Positions 26,381 through 33,269 are shown, counted from the first letter of the stretch. The stretch is 48,307 bases of DNA from Candidatus Colwellbacteria bacterium (GCA_023228665.1 JALOAR010000001.1:1-48307), one strand, 5' to 3'. The notes: generated by a model not told the origin, from the letters alone. Made by a program: numbers and translations.

Positions 26381-26386
26381 ATTGCT

Positions 26387-26890
26387 TTATTGCTTGCTTA
26401 TTTGAACTGTAAAGCCCATTCCTACTGATTTGGGGTCGTTTATGGTGCGGAAATCTTCGGTTATCAGCTCAAGAAATTCGTTAAGCTTGTTTTTGGCCCA
26501 GTCGCGATTGGCTTTTTCACGGCCTCGGAGCTTAAGCAGAATCTCTACTTTATAGCCTTCTTTGATAAATTCGTCAATTTGTTTTGCTCTGATAAGAAGA
26601 TCGTTTCTTCCTGAACCGAGGCCTATACGAATGTGCTTGATATCGTCTTTGGCAGCAGCTTTTGCCTGTTTTTCTTTTTTAAGTTCTTTAGCTTTCTCGT
26701 AGCGGAACTTGTCGTAATTCCCAATCTTAGCAACGGGAGGATTAGCCTTAGGCGATATTTCGATAAGATCTAATTCTCTTTCCTCGGCGATTTTTAAGGC
26801 TTCTTCCTTGCTAAGCACGCCAATATTTTGGCCTTTTTCATCAATTACGCGGAGTTCACGAGCGAATATCTCGCGGTTTTTCCGAAACAT
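26387..26890 (-). CDS. infC: Translation initiation factor IF-3
   Basis: 167 aa. ELRVIDEKGQNIGVLSKEEALKIAEERELDLIEISPKANPPVAKI is typical of IF-3. ATG start. Confidence 0.95.
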   Translation of the reverse strand: MFRKNREIFARELRVIDEKGQNIGVLSKEEALKIAEERELDLIEISPKANPPVAKIGNYDKFRYEKAKELKKEKQAKAAAKDDIKHIRIGLGSGRNDLLIRAKQIDEFIKEGYKVEILLKLRGREKANRDWAKNKLNEFLELITEDFRTINDPKSVGMGFTVQISKQ

Positions 26891-26941
26891 TGGTGTTGGA
26901 TCGTATCTTTTTATGTAACGCTTTTTTCCTTTGATATAGAA

Positions 26942-26970
26942 AATATAGTGTTTTTCGGGGGCTTAGTCAA
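26942..26970 (-). promoter_or_regulatory. infC operon promoter, TTGACT-N17-TATATT
   Basis: Minus strand reads TTGACTaagcccccgaaaaacacTATATT, about 50 nt upstream of the infC ATG. Confidence 0.6.
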
Positions 26971-27000
26971 TGAAAAACGTTTAAATAAAAGGTTTTCTTT

Positions 27001-27041
27001 AAAAAAATAAGAAATTAAAAGACCCTCTAGGGGAGGGTCTT
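27001..27041 (-). terminator. Rho-independent terminator with no annotated upstream gene
   Basis: Stem aagaccctc / gagggtctt (9 bp, 5-nt loop) followed on the minus strand by a T-rich run. There is no minus-strand CDS between it and ssrA. Confidence 0.7.
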
Positions 27042-27311
27042 AAAGCTAAAGCAAGCTGCGGATGAATTCTGAAGTTTTTTGGGTTTCAAAAAAGTTTATA
27101 TCTTATCCGGAAAGAAAAAAAGTGAGCTTGCGCTGTGAGCCACGATGCGGCCCCAATATTCACTTCTTAAGTAGCTGACTTAACTTTAATATCCAGGCGG
27201 ACCGGATACAAGTGGATAACTTTGATAATCGTGGGAAGAGAGTTGTATGAAGCAAATAGGTAATTTTAGCTATTATTGAATATCTATAGGTTTTGGGTTA
27301 TTTTTTAGTAT

Positions 27312-27728
27312 ATGAGATTAAACTTTGCTCTATTAGCTCAAGAAGTGGAGCTAAAGGAAAACGGAGGGGTTGATATTAAGGATCCAATAACTAATTTGTC
27401 GGCACCTGCTTTGCCAGCTAGGCATGAAAGGGCGGCGGTAATTATTAATTTTATGCCGGGGGATACAGAGAAGCATAAGCTTGATATTAAAATAACCGGG
27501 TCTTATGAAGGAGGCGATTGCGTGAGACCTCATTCCTCTGAAGTTGGTCCGGCAGTTTCAGAAAAAGCTTCTATAGGGCATGTTGCCTATATTGGCGACA
27601 TATCTTTAGAGAGAGAAGGCGATTACAGAGTTGAGGTGGATGTTGACGGGGAACGATTAGCTACTATTCCTTTTTCCTTGCATTTGGCAGAAAATGGTTA
27701 TCTAGAAGGAATATGTGAGAAAAAATAG
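27312..27728 (+). CDS. Hypothetical protein
   Basis: 138-aa ORF with no SD and a clean bidirectional terminator 13 nt downstream. Loosely resembles small beta-rich DUF proteins (MRLNFALLAQEVE...); no firm family call. Confidence 0.5.
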   Translation: MRLNFALLAQEVELKENGGVDIKDPITNLSAPALPARHERAAVIINFMPGDTEKHKLDIKITGSYEGGDCVRPHSSEVGPAVSEKASIGHVAYIGDISLEREGDYRVEVDVDGERLATIPFSLHLAENGYLEGICEKK

Positions 27729-27740
27729 AAATTTATTTTT

Positions 27741-27768
27741 AAAAAAGAGCGCTTAAGCGCTCTTTTTT
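27741..27768. terminator. Bidirectional rho-independent terminator
   Basis: aaaaaagagcgc-ttaa-gcgctctttttt: perfect 7-bp GC-rich stem flanked by A6 and T6. Confidence 0.8.
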
Positions 27769-27772
27769 GTTA

Positions 27773-27856
27773 GGCGTTCAACTCCCGCAGGACATATTCA
27801 TATAATATAAAACTCCTCTTGCGAGGAGTCTTATATATGTGGAGATGGCGGGAGTT
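27773..27856 (-). repeat. 84-bp direct repeat, copy A (orphan copy of ssrA 3' end + terminator + downstream arm)
   Basis: Identical base for base to 27942-28025 by my reading. Contains the last 17 nt of tmRNA (aactcccgccatctcca on the minus strand) but not the rest of the gene. Confidence 0.9.
27803..27829 (-). terminator. Duplicate copy of the ssrA terminator hairpin
   Basis: gactcctc-gcaa-gaggagt plus tttatatt on the minus strand, inside repeat copy A. Confidence 0.6.
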
Positions 27857-27941
27857 CCCTCAACTAAATTTTTCGCCGTCGCTCAAAATTTGTTTCAGGC
27901 CGCGCCTCCCTCGATTTTTCTGGCTGAAAAATCTTCAGTCC

Positions 27942-28025
27942 GGCGTTCAACTCCCGCAGGACATATTCATATAATATAAAACTCCTCTTGCGAGGAGTCT
28001 TATATATGTGGAGATGGCGGGAGTT
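27942..28025 (-). repeat. 84-bp direct repeat, copy B (genuine ssrA 3' end + terminator)
   Basis: Same 84 bp as 27773-27856. Continues rightwards into the intact tmRNA body. Confidence 0.9.
27972..27998 (-). terminator. ssrA rho-independent terminator
   Basis: Minus strand reads gactcctc-gcaa-gaggagt followed by tttatatt, starting 10 nt after the tmRNA discriminator base. Confidence 0.75.
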
Positions 28026-28391
28026 GAACCCGCGTCCGGATTAAAACATAAACAGCTTCTACGAGCGTATCTTAGTTTTGGTTAAACGATGATCCTTTAA
28101 CTAAGCAAACGTTATCATCGAACCGCGCTCGTTAGTCTTTGCTTTACTTGGAGAGCGCAAGCCAGTAAAGCGCAACCTGAAGTATTATGCCCAAAGGATA
28201 TTTCAGGCGGAATTATCCAAGGACACCCGTTTCGCGGGAGAGCTTATTGCTCTCAAGCCTGTTTAGGCAAAAGCGAAAGCGGGAACGCGTACTTTATTGT
28301 TGGCGTTTATAATTTTGAAACTGTTTAAAGAGAAGTATCAACTCTGCACGCAACTATTTAAGTTTTTAACACGTCGAGGCCTTACATCCCC
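28009..28391 (-). ncRNA. ssrA: tmRNA (transfer-messenger RNA)
   Basis: The minus-strand 5' end GGGGATGTAAGGCCTCGACG pairs with the 3' end CATCTCC+A (G3:U pair). T-arm is GCGGGTTCAACTCCCGC. Tag reading frame is GCC AAC AAT AAA GTA CGC GTT CCC GCT TTC GCT TTT GCC TAA (28304-28263). CCA is not encoded. Confidence 0.9.
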
Positions 28392-28399
28392 ATACTTTC

Positions 28400-28428
28400 A
28401 ATCTACCACAAATAATTACTTTTGGCAA
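28400..28428 (-). promoter_or_regulatory. ssrA promoter, TTGCCA-N17-TAGATT
   Basis: Minus strand reads TTGCCAaaagtaattatttgtggTAGATT. The -10 box ends 8 nt before the tmRNA 5' G. Confidence 0.55.
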
Positions 28429-28724
28429 GGAAAATTTCTAATGTTTGGATCTATTTGTTGCAGTATTTGTTCTTGCTTATATTTTTTATATTCAGAAATA
28501 GTATAAATAAGAGGCGCGATTAATCCGATAATTGCACTAAAAATTAAGGCGGGTATTTTTAATTGCGGAACAATAAAAAGACCTACAGCTAATACAGTAA
28601 TGGCAAGAGCAGATGCTTTGGCGTCGAATGAATATATTTTTTTATATAGTTTTTCTCCGCCGTCTCGCCAATAGCTTTTCCACTCTTCTAAATTAAAAAA
28701 CTTTTTGGGCTTTTCTTGCTTCAT
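28416..28724 (-). CDS. Small two-TM membrane protein between smpB and ssrA
   Basis: 102 aa. Starts 4 nt after the smpB stop. Two hydrophobic helices (ALAITVLAVGLFIV and ALIFSAIIGLIAPLIY). Confidence 0.55.
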   Translation of the reverse strand: MKQEKPKKFFNLEEWKSYWRDGGEKLYKKIYSFDAKASALAITVLAVGLFIVPQLKIPALIFSAIIGLIAPLIYTISEYKKYKQEQILQQIDPNIRNFPCQK

Positions 28725-28727
28725 ATT

Positions 28728-29168
28728 TTATTTAATTTTTTTACCTACTTCTTTGCTTATATCTCTCTTTTTTATCACTTCTCGCTTGTCTGCCTTGCGG
28801 CGGGAGCGGCCAAGGCCTATTTTTACTTTTATCTTACTGCCTTTATTGTGCAGCTCTAAAGGGATAATAGATGTTCTTTCAGAGCTGATGCTTTTTTCTA
28901 TTTCGGATATTTCTTTTTTATTCAGGAGCAGTTTGCGGGGGCGGGAAGTGTTTGGTTCGCTTATCATATTTTGAGGCTGGTATGGCGGAATATCCATATT
29001 AATAAGCCAAACCTCATTGCTTCTTAATATTCCGTATGATCCTGATAAATCTGCTTTGCCTTGCCTTATAGATTTAACTTCCCAGCCAAGCAACTCCAAG
29101 CCAGCCTCGAAGGTTTCGCGGATGTCAAAATTGAACTTAGCTTTTCTATTGGTGGAAAAAATTGCCAT
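28728..29168 (-). CDS. smpB: SsrA-binding protein SmpB
   Basis: 146 aa. NRKAKFNFDIRETFEAGLELLGWEVKSIR...Y...R.RKLLL is typical of SmpB. Confidence 0.95.
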   Translation of the reverse strand: MAIFSTNRKAKFNFDIRETFEAGLELLGWEVKSIRQGKADLSGSYGILRSNEVWLINMDIPPYQPQNMISEPNTSRPRKLLLNKKEISEIEKSISSERTSIIPLELHNKGSKIKVKIGLGRSRRKADKREVIKKRDISKEVGKKIK

Positions 29169-29193
29169 GGTATGCCTATAATCTTATAAGATA

Positions 29194-30753
29194 ATGATAA
29201 AGACGATAACTGATTTAGTAAAAGGGGCAATAGGCGGAGAGCCTATTGTTATGCCTGCGGAAAGGCCTGAATACGGGCATTATTTTACGAATATAGCTTT
29301 TTTAACGGCTAAGGAAGCGAGGCAGAATCCCAGAGAAGTTGCTGAAGAAGCGGTAAAAAAGATAAAAGAATTGTCTCCAGAAGGTTTTTTTGAAAAAGTA
29401 GAGATTGCCGGTCCCGGGTTTATTAATTTTACACTTTCGCAAGAAACGCTTGCTGGCGAGTTAAAAAAAATATTGAAAGAGGGAGATAAATATGGGCGGG
29501 AAGAAAAAAATAATCCGCAAAAAATTCAAGTGGAGTTTATATCAGCCAATCCAACAGGGCCTTTGACGTTTGGCAATGGAAGGGGCGGTCCTTTTGGCGA
29601 TGTGCTTGCCAATATTTTTGCTTATTTAGGCGACGATGTTACTAAGGAATATTACGTGAATGACGCCGGCGGACAAGTGCTGAAGCTTGGCAAGTCAGTT
29701 CTTAAAGAGGATGGGGCTGAATATAAAGGCGAATATATTGAAGATTTAAGAAAGATTATAGATGCGAATAAAAAAGAGGCAAAAGAAGCTGGCGAAGAAG
29801 CGGTTAAAGAAGTTTTAAGCTGGCTGAAAAAAACAGTTTCGGAAAATATGGGAATTGATATGGATGTCTGGTTTTCTGAAAAATCACTTTATGAGAATGG
29901 GACTGTTGATATGGTGATTGATAAATTGAAAGAAAAAGGGCTGATATATGAAAGGGAAGGAGCTTTGTGGTTCAAATCAACGGAATACGGGGATGACAAG
30001 GATAGAGTAGTTGTTAAATCTGATGGCGAAAAAACATATTTTGCCGGAGATATGGCTTATCTTTGGAACAAATTTGCGGAAAGAAAATTCAATAAAGTTA
30101 TAAATATTTGGGGAGCGGATCATCATGGCGATGTGGCGAGAGTCAAAGGCGCTTTTGAGGCGTTAGATTTGAATGGGGATTTTGAAATTTTACTTCTTCA
30201 GTTTGTCCGCTTATTAAAGGAGGGCAAAGAGATGAAGATGTCAAAAAGAAAAGGCGTTTATGTGACAGTGGATGAAGTTATAGAGGAAATAGGCAGGGAT
30301 GCTTATAGATTTTTATTGCTTATGTATTCGCCTGATTCCCATATTGATTTTGATATGAATGTCGCGAAAGAGAAATCGATGGAAAATCCGGTTTACTATG
30401 CGCAATACGCCGGAGTGAGAGCGGGCAATATAATTAAAAAAGCTGATGAGGCCGGAATAGCTATTTCAAGTAATATTAAAGAATTAAATACTCCAGAGGA
30501 TCTTGCTTTAATGTTTGAAATATTAAGGTTTAAAGATGTTATTCGTATGGCAGGGGAACAAATGAAACCGGAAATGCTTGCGAGATATTCGCTGGATTTA
30601 TCTAAAAAATTCCACGCTTTTTATGACAAGGAAAGAATAGTGGGAGAGGAATCGAATATTGCCGGACAAAGATTGTCTTTAGTCAAAGCGTCTTACCAGA
30701 TATTTAAAAATCTTTTTGGCATATTAGGAGTATCTTTGCCGGAAAAAATGTGA
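29194..30753 (+). CDS. argS: Arginine--tRNA ligase (HIGH motif replaced by TFGN)
   Basis: 519 aa. SANPTGPL-TFGN-GRG, YYVNDAGGQV, KMSKRKG, and a C-terminal DALR-type anticodon-binding domain. Confidence 0.9.
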   Translation: MIKTITDLVKGAIGGEPIVMPAERPEYGHYFTNIAFLTAKEARQNPREVAEEAVKKIKELSPEGFFEKVEIAGPGFINFTLSQETLAGELKKILKEGDKYGREEKNNPQKIQVEFISANPTGPLTFGNGRGGPFGDVLANIFAYLGDDVTKEYYVNDAGGQVLKLGKSVLKEDGAEYKGEYIEDLRKIIDANKKEAKEAGEEAVKEVLSWLKKTVSENMGIDMDVWFSEKSLYENGTVDMVIDKLKEKGLIYEREGALWFKSTEYGDDKDRVVVKSDGEKTYFAGDMAYLWNKFAERKFNKVINIWGADHHGDVARVKGAFEALDLNGDFEILLLQFVRLLKEGKEMKMSKRKGVYVTVDEVIEEIGRDAYRFLLLMYSPDSHIDFDMNVAKEKSMENPVYYAQYAGVRAGNIIKKADEAGIAISSNIKELNTPEDLALMFEILRFKDVIRMAGEQMKPEMLARYSLDLSKKFHAFYDKERIVGEESNIAGQRLSLVKASYQIFKNLFGILGVSLPEKM

Positions 30754-30850
30754 TGATAATTAGAGCTTAAAATTATGGAAAGCGATTAGGTTGCTAGTGT
30801 TTTTAAAACAGGGAGAAGCTTAATTTTCAGACAGTGATTAAGGTTATAAA

Positions 30851-31819
30851 ATGGAAAGCTTAAATTTTTGGAAAAAACTTAGAAAACCGGTTTCGGCTTC
30901 GGCTCCAATGGCTGGCGTATCTGATGCGGCTTTTAGAAAAATATTATCTTTGTATGGAAAGCCAGACATAATATGGACGGAAATGGTATCTCTTGCCGGA
31001 ATTAAGGCAAAAGGGGAAGATTTTTTTAATAATGAAATGATGTTTTCGGAAGAGGAGCGTCCGATTGTGCTCCAATTCTTTGGCTCAAAACCGGAAGAAT
31101 TTGAGTTGTGCGGAAGATTGGCAAAAGAGAGGGGTTTTAACGGAGTGGATATAAATATGGGCTGTCCGGATAAAGGAGTCGAAAAACAAGGGGCGGGAGC
31201 CTGCTTGATGAATAATTTATCCCTGGCAAGAGAGATAATTTGTTCTGCAAAAGAAAAGTCTTTAGGATTGCCGATTTCGATCAAGACTAGGCTGGCATAT
31301 ATAAATAAGAGGGATATGGAAAAGTGGATATTAGCCATATCGGCGGAAAAACCGACGGCAATAACAATTCATGGGCGTACCAGGAGCCAGAGAAGGAGGG
31401 GCAATGCTGACTGGGAATTTATAAAAGAAGCATGCAAAATAATAAAATCGGAAAGTCCGGATACCATTGTTATAGGCAATGGCGATATATTATCGAAAAA
31501 GCAGGGAGAAGAGCTTGCACGAAAAACAGGAGTAGACGGCTATATGGTCGGGAGAGCGCTAGTCGGAAATCCATGGTTTTTTACGGCTAAAGAAGCATCT
31601 AAAAAAGAAAGGCTGACAATAGCTGAAAAGCATTTAGATATCTTCAAAGAGCTCTTCGGTGAAAATGAACCATTTGATCTTCTAAAGAAGCATTTCGCGG
31701 GCTATGCGAGTAATTTTGAAGGAGCAAAGGAAATAAGGACGGAGTTAATGGAGGCTAAGACGGCGGAAGAAGCTAAGTTTATATTAAAAAACTTTAATGC
31801 GGGATTAAATGAGGCTTAG
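30851..31819 (+). CDS. dus: tRNA-dihydrouridine synthase
   Basis: 322 aa. APMAGVSD, VDINMGCP and HGRT motifs of the Dus family. Confidence 0.9.
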   Translation: MESLNFWKKLRKPVSASAPMAGVSDAAFRKILSLYGKPDIIWTEMVSLAGIKAKGEDFFNNEMMFSEEERPIVLQFFGSKPEEFELCGRLAKERGFNGVDINMGCPDKGVEKQGAGACLMNNLSLAREIICSAKEKSLGLPISIKTRLAYINKRDMEKWILAISAEKPTAITIHGRTRSQRRRGNADWEFIKEACKIIKSESPDTIVIGNGDILSKKQGEELARKTGVDGYMVGRALVGNPWFFTAKEASKKERLTIAEKHLDIFKELFGENEPFDLLKKHFAGYASNFEGAKEIRTELMEAKTAEEAKFILKNFNAGLNEA

Positions 31820-31829
31820 AAAGGACGAC

Positions 31830-31858
31830 TTGACAAATAATAGTTATGGGTATATATT
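31830..31858 (+). promoter_or_regulatory. Promoter, TTGACA-N17-TATATT
   Basis: cTTGACAaataatagttatgggtaTATATT, 11 nt after the dus stop and about 70 nt before the next ATG. Confidence 0.55.
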
Positions 31859-31926
31859 CATAACATATCAATTTGGAGTACAGGTTGGTATCGAAACAAA
31901 GGTCATAAAATAAATATATTATTAAA

Positions 31927-32166
31927 ATGCCTTATTTTAATGGAACTGGTCCTGATGGATACGGTCCTGGAACTGGAAGAGGTCTCGGACCTTGCGGAGC
32001 AGGAATGGCTCGCGGCAGAGGTTTTGGAAGGGGAAGAGGGTTCTTTGGAAGAGCTTTCGGATTTGGAAGAAATAATTCCGGAACTGGTTATTCGCTTCAG
32101 GATAGAAAAGAATGGCTCAAACAAGAGCTTAGAGCTATAGAGGAAGAGGAAAATACTTCTAACTAG
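31927..32166 (+). CDS. DUF5320-like protein (Gly/Arg-rich N-terminus + coiled-coil C-terminus)
   Basis: 79 aa. MPYFNGTGPDGYGPGTGRGLGPCGAG...GRGRGFFGR then KEWLKQELRAIEEE. This pattern and its pairing with a DUF134 gene match DUF5320 as I recall it. Confidence 0.65.
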   Translation: MPYFNGTGPDGYGPGTGRGLGPCGAGMARGRGFGRGRGFFGRAFGFGRNNSGTGYSLQDRKEWLKQELRAIEEEENTSN

Positions 32167-32178
32167 ATAGTTTTTGCA

Positions 32179-32200
32179 GTGACCCGCAATTGCGGGTCAC
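32179..32200. promoter_or_regulatory. Perfect 22-bp GC-rich palindrome GTGACCCGCAATTGCGGGTCAC
   Basis: Read directly from the sequence. Lies between the DUF5320-like stop and the DUF134-like start, with no T-run after it. Confidence 0.6.
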
Positions 32201-32224
32201 TTGCGTAATAATATAAAAAACAAA

Positions 32225-32500
32225 ATGCCTAGACCGCGAAGACGAAGAAGGATCGGTTTTAATCCTTCTATAAAGATGTTTAAGCCACAGGGAGTTCCAG
32301 CAAGGGATCTTGAGGCTGTTTTGCTGTCTGCGGAAGAAGTAGAGGCGGTTAGGCTTAAATATATAAAGGGATTTGATCAAAATCAATGTGCCGAGCAGAT
32401 GGATATTTCACAAAGCACCTTTCAGAGAATCCTTTATTCGGCGAATCAAAAAATAGCCGATGTTTTAATAAACGGAAAAACGCTTGTGATGGGGGAATAA
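32225..32500 (+). CDS. DUF134/UPF0251-family predicted DNA-binding protein
   Basis: 91 aa from the ATG at 32225. MPRPRRRRRIGF...FKPQG...L..EE.EA.RL......Q..CAE.M.ISQSTFQRIL matches the DUF134 HTH pattern. Confidence 0.75.
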   Translation: MPRPRRRRRIGFNPSIKMFKPQGVPARDLEAVLLSAEEVEAVRLKYIKGFDQNQCAEQMDISQSTFQRILYSANQKIADVLINGKTLVMGE

Positions 32501-32530
32501 AAAGGAACAGATAAATTATTTTTTATAAAG

Positions 32531-32601
32531 CGGGGCCACAAGGATTTGAACCCTGATTAACGGTTTTGGAGACCGTCGTTCTACCATTGAACTATAGCCC
32601 C
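32531..32601 (-). tRNA. tRNA-Trp (CCA)
   Basis: Minus-strand cloverleaf folded by hand: GGGGCTA/TGGCCCC acceptor, GTTC/GAAC D-stem, ACGGT-CTCCAAA-ACCGT anticodon arm, CAGGG-TTCAAAT-CCTTG T-arm. 71 nt. Confidence 0.9.
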
Positions 32602-32654
32602 AGGGTCATAGAAATTTAACCAAAAAAGATGATTTTTGCCAAACTGTACGTTTT

Positions 32655-33044
32655 TTATAGATTAAGTTTTTTGCCTTTATGGTTTAGCGCTTCTTTAATA
32701 AATTTTTCTTCGTTTTTATCACTATGTCTAATAGCGTGACAGTTTGCACATAATAATATGCATTTTTCTAGTTCTTTTTTAAGAATAGACCATCTTTTAT
32801 TTGAAAAATTGCTAATAGTGAAATCTTTTTTATTTGGATTGATGTGGTGAAATTGAAATACAGATTAGTCTTCTTGCCAGCCGCAGTCTTGGCATTTTTC
32901 TCCTAATAGTTTAATGGCAGCAGCTTTGGTTTTATATCGCCTTATTTTTGTATTACATGATCCACATCGGGATCTATTGATTCCTTGATAGTCTTTAAAA
33001 GTTCTTCCACAAAGTTTGCATGTAGGTATGCCTTAATATAGCAT
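32655..33044 (-). pseudogene. HNH endonuclease gene interrupted by two in-frame TAA codons
   Basis: Hand translation: MLY*GIPTCKLCGRTF...CGSCNTKIRRYK...CQDCGWQED*SVFQFHHINPNKKDF...LLCANCHAIRH...*. Stops at 33033-33035 and 32865-32867. No canonical start codon follows either stop. Confidence 0.65.
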
Positions 33045-33085
33045 GAATTGTTCTATATATTTGAATATATATTTAATATGATTGC

Positions 33086-33114
33086 TTGAAAAAATAATAA
33101 GCTGTTGTTATTCT
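33086..33114 (+). promoter_or_regulatory. Candidate promoter for tRNA-Phe, TTGAAA-N17-TATTCT
   Basis: Spacing read directly. The -10 box ends about 19 nt before the tRNA 5' end. Confidence 0.4.
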
Positions 33115-33132
33115 TAGCCTATATTTTTGAAA

Positions 33133-33204
33133 GCCGTGGTAGCTCAATGGTAGAGCGCAGCTCTGAAGAAGCTGGCGTTGGGGGTTCGATTCCCTCCCGC
33201 GGCA
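33133..33204 (+). tRNA. tRNA-Phe (GAA)
   Basis: GCCGTGG/CCGCGGC acceptor, CAGCT-CTGAAGA-AGCTG anticodon arm, GGGGG-TTCGATT-CCCTC T-arm. 72 nt. Confidence 0.9.
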
Positions 33205-33207
33205 CAT

Positions 33208-33233
33208 AAAATCCGTCTTTATGACGGATTTTC
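33208..33233 (+). terminator. Rho-independent terminator after tRNA-Phe
   Basis: aaatccgtc-tttat-gacggattt with the T-run. Confidence 0.6.
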
Positions 33234-33269
33234 AGATTAGGTAGCAAATGTCTTTTGTCGGTTTTAAAA

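Noticed and set aside
27042-27311. SRP RNA, RNase P RNA or 6S RNA assignment for the candidate sRNA region
   Set aside because: On either strand I could not find the SRP domain IV motif (GGAA tetraloop with AGCA-type loops) or the RNase P P4 strands (GAGGAAAGUCC / ACAGAA). I kept it only as an unnamed candidate.
27773-28025. Possible CRISPR array
   Set aside because: There are only two copies, each 84 bp long and containing a tmRNA fragment and a terminator. There are no further repeats and no cas genes in the window.
28297-28506. 69-aa plus-strand ORF
   Set aside because: It overlaps the tmRNA gene and the 102-aa minus-strand ORF, and is explained by those features.
30844-31338. 164-aa minus-strand ORF
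   Set aside because: It is entirely antisense to the well-supported dus gene, has no motifs, and its composition mirrors the opposite strand. It is a shadow ORF.
31903-32140. Alternative-frame ORFs (31940-32140 plus strand, 31903-32124 minus strand) over the Gly/Arg-rich gene
   Set aside because: These are a by-product of the repetitive GGN/CGN-rich coding sequence. The 31927-32166 frame gives the recognisable GTGP...GRG...coiled-coil protein.
32655-33044. TAA reassigned to a sense codon
   Set aside because: TAA terminates most well-supported genes in this window at the expected protein ends (for example folD, ruvA, rplT, rpmI and the tmRNA tag). A genome-wide reassignment is therefore not tenable, and a pseudogene or base-call error is more likely.
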